A stretch of 64,000 nucleotides of DNA, taken from Histomonas meleagridis 2922-C6/04-290x. Its lineage: Eukaryota > Protista > Parabasalia. The DNA lies in NCBI GenBank assembly GCA_020184695.1, contig JAANOX010000136.1, positions 62,001-126,000 on the forward strand, in the 5' to 3' direction. The notes below the pieces were generated by a model that was not told the DNA's origin, did not search any database, and saw nothing but the letters and a program-made list of their open reading frames with translations. The translations under genes were made by a program, and so were the position numbers. Shown here piece after piece: positions 10,686 through 20,345 of the stretch (the stretch's first letter is position 1; every line of letters starts with the position of its first letter).

Positions 10686-13100
10686 CAATTAAAACATCTT
10701 GATTCACAACAGCAATTACAATTAGATTTTATTAATAATTATGAGGAACATTCAAAGAATGAATGGGAATTACATAAGAAATATATTAAAGAAGGACATA
10801 ATCCAAATGAAATTGCGAAAATCATTCGAAATGATGAAATCGAAAAACTTCAAGAAATATCATCACAAAGTAATTTTGATTTTAATCAAACAATTGAACC
10901 ATCACTTTATGAAAGATGTTCATTTATTAATAAAGAAAATGTTACATTAATTGATTATGCAGCATTTTTTTCTTCAGTTAAATGTTTTAAATATTTACTT
11001 ATGAATGGCGCTAAAGTAGAAAACACAGGTAAATATGCAGTTGTAGGCGAAAATGTAGAAATCATTCATTTATGTGAACAAAACCATTCATCATTTGAAG
11101 ATGCATATGAAACAGCAATTGAATTTCATCGAAATGATATCTTTAAATATCTTTATGAAAACAAAATTACTGAAATTAATGATTTAAATAAATTTGGAAT
11201 TCTTAGCTTAAAACATAATAATTTCAAAAATTTTATATATTTAAAATCAGTTGGATTAAAAATAAGCAATGATATTCTTGGAAAAGCAATAAAAATTGGG
11301 AATTTATTCTTTCTCAATCGTTATATTAAAAACAAGCAATATTTTTCAATCATATATAGTTATCCATGTTCAACACGAAATTATGAGATCATTAAATTAG
11401 TTCTTGAACAAAACAATTTTGATAGATCATCAAATAACATTTATTTAATCAATTTTATATTTGTTTTTATATCTTTATGTTTCATAAAATTTTTTTTAAT
11501 TTATTTAAATTATTTAATACACAACTTTTAAATGCAGCAAAAAAAGGATATGTTGAAACAGTACAATGGCTTGTTAAACAACAAGGAATTAATGTTAATC
11601 ATTTTGATATCTGAATTCATAATTTTATGATTAAATTAATTATTTCATATTTATAACAATTATTTGAAACTGCACTTGTTAATGCGTCTAAAAATAACCA
11701 TATCAAAATAGTTAAAATATTTCTGAATTGCAAAGGTATTGATATTAATGCTAAAAGCGTTTATTTGTTTTATTTGATATTTATTTTGATAATTTAATAT
11801 TTCGAAATAATATTTGGAAATTATTTAAATTATTTAACACATCTCTTATTGATGCATCTTCAAATGGTCATACAGAAATCGTTAAATTACTTCTTGAACA
11901 AGAAGGAATTGATATTAATTATAAAAATATTTATTTGTTTTGTTTAAAATTTATTATAATAATTTGATATTTCAAAATAATATTTGGAAATTATTTAAAT
12001 TATTTCAAACAGCACTTATTGTTGCATCTTCAAATGGTCATACAGAAATAGTTAAAATACTTCTTGAACAAGAAGGAATTGATATTAATGCTAAAGATAT
12101 TTATTTGTTTTATTTAAAATTTATTTTGATAATTTGATATTTTAAAATAATATTTGGAAATTATTTATATTATTTAATACAGCACTTATATTAGCATCTG
12201 ATAAAGGTCATACAGAAATAGTTAAAATACTTCTTGAACAAGAAGGAATTGATATTAATGCTAAAGATATTTATTTGTTTTATTTGATATTTATTATAAT
12301 AATTTGATATTTCAAAATAATATTTGGAAATTATTTAAATTATTTTATACAGCACTTATTTTAGCATCTGAAAATGGTTATACAGAAATAGTTAAATTAC
12401 TTCTTGAACAAGAAGGAATTGATATTAATGCTCAAAATATTTATTTGTTTTATTTAATATTTTTTTTAATAATTTAATATTTCAAAATAATATTTGGAAA
12501 TTATTTAAATTATTTAAAACAGCACTTATATGGGCATCAATATGTGGGAAATTAGCAATAGTTAAATTACTTCTTGAACAAAAAGGAATTGATATTAATG
12601 CTAAAGATATTTATTTGTTTTATTTGATATTTATTTTAATAATTTGATATCTCAAAATAATATTTGGAAATTATTAAAATTATTTAATACAGCACTGATG
12701 AATGCATCTGTAAGTAATTATCCAGAAATAGTTAAATTACTTCTTGAACAAGAAGGAATTGATATTAATGCTAAAAATATTTATTTGATTTATTTAAAAT
12801 TTATTTTAATAATTTGATATTACAAAATAATATTTGGAAATTATTAAAATTATTTAATACAGCACTTATTTATGCATCCGAAAACGGTAATACAGAAATA
12901 GTTAAACTACTTCTTGAACAAAAAGGAATCAATGTCAAATTGAAAAATACTTTTTTGTTGATTTCAAAGTGATGTTTATCCAACTTAATTACGAATGCTT
13001 TTTTTGGAATTCACATAAATTATTTCATACAGAACTTTTTTCTGCTAAATCCAGACATCATTCTCAAGTCGTTGAAGTTCTTCGCTTATTAACATGTTAA
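10686..13100 (+). pseudogene. DUF3447-like/ankyrin gene copy 1, 5'-truncated, with interrupted ankyrin array
   Basis: The frame is open from 10686 (QLKHLDSQ...IIRNDEIEKLQ...LIDYAAFFSSVKCFKYL) with no ATG until 11001. Ten ankyrin coding blocks follow, ending TELFSAKSRHHSQVVEVLRLLTC* at 13100. It is near-identical to the minus-strand copy near 25.2-26.5 kb. Confidence 0.75.
11439..13100 (+). repeat. Tandem 170-nt array: 90-nt ankyrin coding block plus 80-nt interruption (10 units)
   Basis: Thr codons of the T(A)L motif at 11519, 11669, 11839, 12009, 12179, 12349, 12519, 12689, 12859, 13029. Spacing is 170 except for one 150. Confidence 0.95.
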
Positions 13101-14356
13101 TAAATAAAAATGTATAAGTTCTTTTCTCTTTTATTCTAAAAAAAACTAAAATAACTTATTACTATGTGTATTAATAAATCATCCTAGTTCTAAGGTTTGT
13201 GTAAAAATCTTGATTGAAATCAATTTCTTACAAAAAATTCCGTGTAATATTTATTTTAAAATTTCACAGTAAACTTGTTCTTGTTTAAATTATGATAATC
13301 CAAAAATATAAGTTTTCTCCAAGATCTTCAATAAAAAAACAATATAATATTTTTATTGTTTCAATGTTAACATCAAAAAATTTTATGAAACAGTTGTGGA
13401 GATTATCTGAGAAATCTGAGATTTTCATATATGTTTTGAATTCATGAAAATAAAACTCATATATAGATTTCCTCATGATAATTATTTTTATATCACTGCT
13501 CAGATCAACTGTTCTGTTTCCTGTTAGCAATTGCTACATTTGCTTCGTTTACTACGTCTTCATCTATTTCACTCTTTGATTGCATAGATTTTTCCGATAG
13601 CTTTCATCTACCTTTTTCTTGTGATGGAAGAGAAACACACTGTACCAGTAATGATCAAAAGTAGGCGAATTGGATTTAGTATCATTTTGTGTGAAAAATA
13701 CATTGTCCGACGAGTAGTAAGTGGAATAATGAAGGATCGAGTACTCGTATAAAACTGTGCTCACGTAAGCAATGGTATGCGAAAGAAGCCATTTTATTAT
13801 ATTTTAAGGACAACTAAAAAAAGCATGTGAACCAATGTTATTAATAATACTTTTTATTTTAATCGTAGTTAAATGAGAACATGATGAAAATGTATTAGAT
13901 CCAAATGAAATCAAATCTTCACCAATAGAAACATAAAATAAATTTGAACTTGATGAAAAAGTAAAATCACATATTGTTTTAACTCATAAACCAATATGTA
14001 CTTCTGTTAATTGATTCCATTTAGATAATTCGTCATTTTTAACGATTTGAACTTTTTGCTCAACAAATAAATATTTTTTATATCTTTGTAACTTGTCAAA
14101 TTACCATTTTCTTCATTAACTTTGAGCGTTTTATTACATTCTATATATGATATCTGATATTAGGCCTAATATAATATTTTGAATATTAAAAAATTTAGTA
14201 CATACAGACTAAATGGCTTTAGGTAGAGGATTAAATGAATTTTGAATAAAAGATCTAATTGCAACCAATACGGAACCCTGAATAAAACCGTTTATTGGCC
14301 GTTAGTTGATACAGCCGCAGTTTTCTATAAAATTTTAAACGCACACAACAAACTAA

Positions 14357-16228
14357 ATGGCTAAAATTCAAAATAATCCACTTGAATTCACGATACCATA
14401 TGTTACAAGTGAAACTGAAGAAAATCCCGCATTTAACTTAATCAATTCAAATCCATATTCAGATGGATGGATTTCAAATCCGAACTCAAAAATGCCTCAA
14501 GAAATTATATTTGATTTTGGTAGTGAAGCCTTGGTTACGCAAATACGATTTATTTCACATCAAACAAAAATTGCTTCAAACATTAATATCTTTTTTGCCA
14601 AAGATGCACCAAATTATCGAAAAGCAAAATTTGAATTAATCGATTCATTCCAATTTTCAGATAATCAACAAAATAATTTTAAAGCGCGTGAAGTACAATG
14701 TGCACATCTTCAATCAATTTCAGTACGATATTTAAAATTACAAATCACATCAGTATATCAAAATAAATTTAATAAAGCTGAGCAAGTTGGTCTTGCATCT
14801 GTTTTTGTTATGGGTCATTTTGATAAATATGAAGATTCCGAAATCTCAAGACTTGAGCAACTTAAACAAGAAGCCATTGCACGTGAAGATTATATGACTG
14901 CCTACAATCTTAAATCTCAGATTGACAATCTCCAAAAGAACCGAGAAATAATTCGAGATCTCCAAAGACAAAAAGAAGAAGCCATTCGTAAGGAACAATA
15001 TCGTCTTGCTGAAAGTATCAAACGTCAAATAGACAGGATATGTAATCCTGATTCCATTAATCAACCTGATTTCCAATCAAAAGATGATCATATCCGACCA
15101 AGTATCATTGATAATTCACCACCGCCACGTGAAGCACCATCATATAATTACTTCCAAGAAGACTCCCCACCAGTACAGCGTCGTTTGCCTTCGATTCAAG
15201 AAGATTCTTTGGATTCGCACATCATCGACGACGGTTATTTGCCAAGCGATGTATCCAACGCACGCCAAAGGAATGAAGAACAATTTCCTTATGTTGATGA
15301 TAGTAAAGATGTTTCAGATCCTGACAAACGTGTGATTAAACCAGCGCCAAATGGTGAATATGATTTTGAGCGATTTCTTGATGCACCAAATCCATCTGAA
15401 GAAAAACGTAAAAACGCGAATGCAAATTCACAAAACACATATTCAGTAGTTGAACCTGATACTATTGAAGAACAAAGTACATATGTTGAAAGTGATATTC
15501 TTGATCCAACTCAACGTAAAGAAGCCGAATTATTTATTGAACATTTTGGACCTGAATTTGTTATTGACTTTTATTCCAAGAATGTTAATAGTCGAGTTTC
15601 TGGGATTATTAACTTATCTAATTGTATACGCGAAGCAAAAGGAAGTTTGCAACAATCATTGTTTGTACGATTTTGTCATATGTTACGACATCGCTTAAAA
15701 GAACAAGTGATGAAAGTGTTTTCCACATCGCTTGAAGAATTAATGAGCTTAGCTGATAGCATCAAATTTTCTGGTGACACATTACGTTCAGCGATTGAGC
15801 CACATATGAATATGATATTAAAACGTATTGGAGGACGGAAAGATAAAACGTCAATGATAATATTTAAGTTTGCGCATTGGATTATAGATAATCAATATAT
15901 AGGAATCGATTTGCTAACAGAACATTTGTTCCAAACTACAAAGCCTCCAATAATTTGGACAAATATCGAAGGAAGATTAAGATTAATAGAAGAGCTGTTG
16001 GAAAGTTATGGTATATTAGAAGGAAATTTGGACGGAAATGTTATCATACCTTATGTGTTCAACTATTTGGAATCTCCGAAAAGTGAAGTAAGAACAAACT
16101 GTTGTAGAGTTCTTGCGATTTTGGCTGATAATGGTTACGGAAGAGCTATAATGAAAAGATTAAACTCTTCGTCATTACCACAAGCAACGCAAACGATGGT
16201 AAAAAAGGCTATAAGTCAAGAAAGTTAA
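14357..16228 (+). CDS. CEP104: CEP104-like ciliary/centriolar protein (N-terminal jelly-roll, coiled segment, TOG domain)
   Basis: GW.S....PQEIIFDF...QIRFISHQTKIA...FSDNQQNNFKAREVQ N-terminus matches the CEP104 pattern. HEAT/TOG-like C-terminal half. Confidence 0.75.
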   Translation: MAKIQNNPLEFTIPYVTSETEENPAFNLINSNPYSDGWISNPNSKMPQEIIFDFGSEALVTQIRFISHQTKIASNINIFFAKDAPNYRKAKFELIDSFQFSDNQQNNFKAREVQCAHLQSISVRYLKLQITSVYQNKFNKAEQVGLASVFVMGHFDKYEDSEISRLEQLKQEAIAREDYMTAYNLKSQIDNLQKNREIIRDLQRQKEEAIRKEQYRLAESIKRQIDRICNPDSINQPDFQSKDDHIRPSIIDNSPPPREAPSYNYFQEDSPPVQRRLPSIQEDSLDSHIIDDGYLPSDVSNARQRNEEQFPYVDDSKDVSDPDKRVIKPAPNGEYDFERFLDAPNPSEEKRKNANANSQNTYSVVEPDTIEEQSTYVESDILDPTQRKEAELFIEHFGPEFVIDFYSKNVNSRVSGIINLSNCIREAKGSLQQSLFVRFCHMLRHRLKEQVMKVFSTSLEELMSLADSIKFSGDTLRSAIEPHMNMILKRIGGRKDKTSMIIFKFAHWIIDNQYIGIDLLTEHLFQTTKPPIIWTNIEGRLRLIEELLESYGILEGNLDGNVIIPYVFNYLESPKSEVRTNCCRVLAILADNGYGRAIMKRLNSSSLPQATQTMVKKAISQES

Positions 16229-17199
16229 TGCGGAAAAATTAGAAACAAAATAATATTTTTGTTGATGTTGTCCAATCAGAGAATAAACTGTTTGCTGTAG
16301 TTAATCTATGGAATCTTTCATTCAAATGCATTGTGGAAAGATTTGAAGATAACAAAGAGAATTGCACATAAACAAAATGAAAATATCTTTTTTTTGTGTG
16401 CATAAAATCCATTTTTTGTAAATCACAAAATAAGTTGACTAAAATATGCTTATAAAAATATAAAAGATAACAAAATACAGCGAAAAAATTATAACCGCTA
16501 AAATTTTTTATTTAATTTGAATTTTCTGACATCGAAACTTACAAGAAAGCCAGAATATAGACAATTTTAGTGAAAAGAGAAAATGAAAAAGTTCATACAT
16601 TTAATGAAGTACAACTTATAAAAGTATTAGAAGATTCATATGTGTAACTTTCCGCTATAGTACTTGATTGAGTATATGTGGATTTGTATATGTATTACTT
16701 TGTGTATGAGTTGCTTTGTTTAATGTAAGCGTTGAGATTGGACATCCTTCTGATGCAATGTCTTTAATTACCTCCAATACGCCAAATGTTTCATTGCCTG
16801 TATATTTTGGTGTTACCATAATTGTGTTGGTTAAAACATCAGAAAATACATCGTCGCCGAAATTTGGCTCTGTTTTGCCATAAAAATATATACATTTATA
16901 TTATTTGCCCAAATGTATGTTCATGTTTGGTAGCGAGAAATTTGAATAAAATATATTTAGATTATTTAAAAGAACTTGAGATCAAAAAAAGAGCAATCAG
17001 ATAACAATTCTGATTGCAAAATAATTGAACCTTTTGCTGAATATTTTAATTACAAACTATGATCAAGAAACTGATTATCTTCTTGAGAAAATGATTTCAT
17101 CGATTCAAAAATTTGTATAAAAACATTATATTTCAAACATTTAATCGCAATCAATGAAATAAATAAAATTAGTGATTTCAAAATATAAACAATTTACTT

Positions 17200-17458
17200 T
17201 ATGGAAAACATGATATACTCCAAAAGAATGATTGGGAATTTCATAAAAAATTAATTAAAGAAGGAAATAATCCAAATGAAATTACAAAATAATTCGAAAT
17301 GATGAAATAGAAAAACTTCAAGAAATATCTTCACAAACAAAATTTGATTTTAATCAAACAATTGAGCCATCACTTTATGAAAGATGTTCATTTATTGCTG
17401 ATTATGCAAAATTTTTTTCTTCTGTTAAATGTTTTAAGAATTTATTTATGAATGCTGA
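17200..17458 (+). pseudogene. Degenerate fragment of the DUF3447-like/ankyrin gene N-terminal domain
   Basis: KNDWEFHKKLIKEGNNPNEI (frameshift) RNDEIEKLQEISSQTKFDFNQTIEPSLYERCSFIADYAKFFSSVKCFKNLFMNA. Homologous to copy 1 at about 10755-11010, with an internal deletion. Confidence 0.8.
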
Positions 17459-17469
17459 CGCCGTGGACA

Positions 17470-17545
17470 AACGATAGGCAAATTAAATGATCAGGAAATC
17501 GTTTTCCACAGAAAAACCCATCGTCGTTCGGAAATTCCTATCGTT
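17470..17545. promoter_or_regulatory. Inverted-repeat element AACGATAGG(C)AAATT...AATTCCTATCGTT upstream of the 17650 gene
   Basis: Direct reading. A homologous element with the same internal TTTCC(C)ACAGAAAAA core lies at 41414-41478. Function is inferred only. Confidence 0.5.
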
Positions 17546-17649
17546 TTACCATGGTACAATTGTACAAACCGTTTTTTGAGGTTTTTGACGGTTTCAACCT
17601 GTTTGTGATGAAATTTGAACTCAAGAAATTTTGGACCCAAAAAAAATAA

Positions 17650-18483
17650 ATGGATCCAACAAATCAAGTATCCGAACTTCCATATAAAATAGAATGGCTT
17701 GTGTTATATGGACTTTTTGCAGTTGTCTTCCTTGCTCTATTCGCAGTTTATTTTTCTAGAGTATTACCAGATTTAAGAAGTTTAACACCAAAACTCCCAG
17801 GATATCAAACTTCTCAAATTGCCTTTCTGATTGCTATGTTCCTAAGGTGCGTTGGATATTTAGTATGGTTTATATTGATTTATTTGGAAAAATCTCAACA
17901 ACGTTTTTCATCAATATTTTGTGGAATTCCTGGTTATTTTATGACTGTTTCTTACGTTTTAATGTTTTTCCTTTGGTGTTCAATATCAGTTAATTTACTA
18001 TTAAACGATTCGTCAGATTATTTCCAGAAAATAGGTATCTGGTCAGCTGCCGTTGGTGTCGGGATTGGATGTTTAGGCTCAACTTTCATGTTTTGCATTT
18101 TCTTTTTGAATGAAAAATCATTTCATATCATTGAAATGTGGTTAGCAATTTCAAGAGATTTAATATCAGCAATTATAATTTCCATATTCTGTATTGATAT
18201 TATACGCAAACTAAAGAAACCATTATGTAATCTCAAATCTTCTGCGTCTCTTTTGATGGTAATGTCAATTGTTTTGGTTATTTCACTAATTTGCCGGTCA
18301 TTGTCAACTGCTATATATTATTTCCTTTTCTCTAGTAAAGATGACGAAAATAAATTATTTGGTATTGACAGCTACGTAAATACAACCATTGGACAATTGT
18401 TCGGTGAAATAATTCCATGCTTTATGATATTTATGAACAGGAAAAAGACAGGACTTTTAAGTGTATATGATGAATTGACATAA
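17650..18483 (+). CDS. Multi-pass membrane protein (about 7 TM; TOM1/THH1- or GPCR-like topology)
   Basis: About seven hydrophobic segments in 277 aa. The family assignment is tentative. Confidence 0.7.
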   Translation: MDPTNQVSELPYKIEWLVLYGLFAVVFLALFAVYFSRVLPDLRSLTPKLPGYQTSQIAFLIAMFLRCVGYLVWFILIYLEKSQQRFSSIFCGIPGYFMTVSYVLMFFLWCSISVNLLLNDSSDYFQKIGIWSAAVGVGIGCLGSTFMFCIFFLNEKSFHIIEMWLAISRDLISAIIISIFCIDIIRKLKKPLCNLKSSASLLMVMSIVLVISLICRSLSTAIYYFLFSSKDDENKLFGIDSYVNTTIGQLFGEIIPCFMIFMNRKKTGLLSVYDELT

Positions 18484-18768
18484 TTCTTTCTCTCTAAATG
18501 TTTTCAATCGGTTTTTGTTTTTAAAAATAAGTGTTTTTATATATGGAAAATTCTATGTATTTCCATTTAATTAAACAGTCAATTAAAATATCAAAATACA
18601 AGATAAAAAAACAAAGATAAATTTTTTAATTGAAACAGTGATCACTTAACGCAATTAGGCAAATTTGTAGTTTAGTTTTTTTTATAGTTTAATTGTAGAA
18701 AATATTCCCAAAATTACCTTTTTGGTAAGGAAAGCAAGCATACCTAAAAACCGTTAAAATATTTAAAG

Positions 18769-19149
18769 ATGATAAAAGCACAGGATTTCACTCCTTTTAT
18801 CGGAAAAGTCTTCTCTGTATTATCAAACCCTAATGCAGAAATAATAGATCAATTATACAATAAAGGTTCTAATTTTTATTTCATGTTTTCAAAACCAATA
18901 GTGTTATCTTCAGCAACTTCAATAAAAGAATTCCTACAAGCCACTCCAGGGTTAAAGTTTTATGTTTCTAAGTATGATGTTCAACCAATCCAAGCAGCTA
19001 AACAATGGTATCAAATTATCATTTTCGGTACTTTTGAATATAAAAACAATACAGATGCCTCCGTTACGACTAGTTTTCATTCATCAATTCATTGTTATCA
19101 TGATGGCTCTAAACTTACCATCGCATATCACACGATAAATATTTTTTAA
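18769..19149 (+). CDS. NTF2-like fold protein
   Basis: 126 aa, LY...S.F.F...I.EFL..P.LKF.VSKYDVQP...IIIFGTF pattern. Confidence 0.6.
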   Translation: MIKAQDFTPFIGKVFSVLSNPNAEIIDQLYNKGSNFYFMFSKPIVLSSATSIKEFLQATPGLKFYVSKYDVQPIQAAKQWYQIIIFGTFEYKNNTDASVTTSFHSSIHCYHDGSKLTIAYHTINIF

Positions 19150-19236
19150 ACAAAAAAAATTACGCTTTTTAATATCACCAAACCAATAGAAGAGAAATAT
19201 CATTTAAACGTTTAATAAAATGTTAAATAACAGAAA

Positions 19237-19830
19237 TTAAGATATAAAACACTTATGTTTTTTTTGTTCTGACTTACTCAGTTCTGGTTGCTGTCTCTCG
19301 AAGTTTGCACCTGCGAATTTAAAAGACTCAATTGCAGCATACGAAAATAAATTATCAACATCTTTACCAGAAAGAGCAGAAACAAAAAATATAATTTCGA
19401 AGAGGCTATCATACTCTGAGTGAATTTCGCTTTCTGTAAGAACAGCAGAATCTGTTTTATCAATTTTGTTAACCGCTAATGCCATCGGAGGATGTTTTTT
19501 AGAGTTTTCATTAACATTTTTTACCCACCGTTGAATTGAATCAAAAGAATTTTTGTTTGTTATTGACACGACAATAATTACAAAGGATGCTCCTTTTGCA
19601 TATATTGGCATAAATGACTGATAGTCTTGACCAGCAGTATCCCAAACGTGAATATCTGTTGGGCCATATGCGTCAAGAATCAGTCTCTTTCTTAAGTGAT
19701 TGCTACCTACTGTTTGTTTTTGTGTTGTTGGAAATGCATCTGTCACCCATCTGTTTGCAAGAGATGTTTTCCCCGTTTCAGGGTCACCAAGAAGCACTAC
19801 TTTAAAATGTGGAACTTCTCCTTCAACCAT
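19237..19830 (-). CDS. Divergent Rab/Ras-family small GTPase
   Basis: G1 GDPETGKT, G3 WDTAGQD, G4 NKID, G5 FVSA, C-terminal CFIS prenylation-like motif. Confidence 0.9.
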   Translation of the reverse strand: MVEGEVPHFKVVLLGDPETGKTSLANRWVTDAFPTTQKQTVGSNHLRKRLILDAYGPTDIHVWDTAGQDYQSFMPIYAKGASFVIIVVSITNKNSFDSIQRWVKNVNENSKKHPPMALAVNKIDKTDSAVLTESEIHSEYDSLFEIIFFVSALSGKDVDNLFSYAAIESFKFAGANFERQQPELSKSEQKKHKCFIS

Positions 19831-20345
19831 CTTTTTTTTGTTCTGGAAAAGTTGCGCGCAAACAATTCAAAACAGATTTTACTGTAAAATTTTTGACTGT
19901 AACAATGGCACTTTTTACTGAATTTATTATCGTGGATTAATCATTAAGTGTTTTTCCACATTTTGCGCTTTAATTATTATTTGATTCTTCAACGGTCTGA
20001 AGGTAGGATGTATATTTTATAATTAAAATTTAAACAAAGAAAATAGCCAATGAGTCAATCAAATCAAAATATACTGTACAAGATCATTTCGCTTTTTGAT
20101 TATTTATGTCAGGTATCATGATTTTTGTGTTTTTACATATGTATATCCTACATTAATTTCAATTGAATATTTGGTTAATAATTCATTCTCATTATTAAAA
20201 CCCAATCTTTCAATAATTATTAAAGCTGAATTATTTGTTTTTATTAGTTGATTGTTTTAATTTCAACCATTAAAGTTGCAAAAAGCTTTTGTTTTTATGG
20301 CAAAATTGACAACATTATTTAAAAACTGATAATTTCTCTTGACCA

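Noticed and set aside
11759-12860. Canonical GT-AG introns using GTTTT (nt 9 of the interruption) and the AG in ACA GCA
   Set aside because: Splicing there leaves 94 nt per unit (out of frame) and destroys the TAL motif. The GT and the AG are absent from several units.
11929-12860. Programmed -1 frameshift reading through the interruption (the downstream frame is open in most copy 1 units: LFVLFKIYYNNLIFQNNIWKLFKLF)
   Set aside because: The unit at 12099-12178 has TAA in that frame, copy 3 has an interruption blocked in all frames, and a 27-aa insert would break the ankyrin fold. It is not a general solution.
11439-13100. CRISPR-like array (conserved repeat plus variable spacer at a fixed period)
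   Set aside because: The variable parts are homologous ankyrin codons, the sizes (80/90 nt) do not fit, the context is eukaryotic, and no cas genes are present.
13285-13790. Two short adjacent minus-strand ORFs with moderately coding-like composition
   Set aside because: No ATG-started continuous frame and no recognisable family. Possibly a decayed gene, but not supportable.
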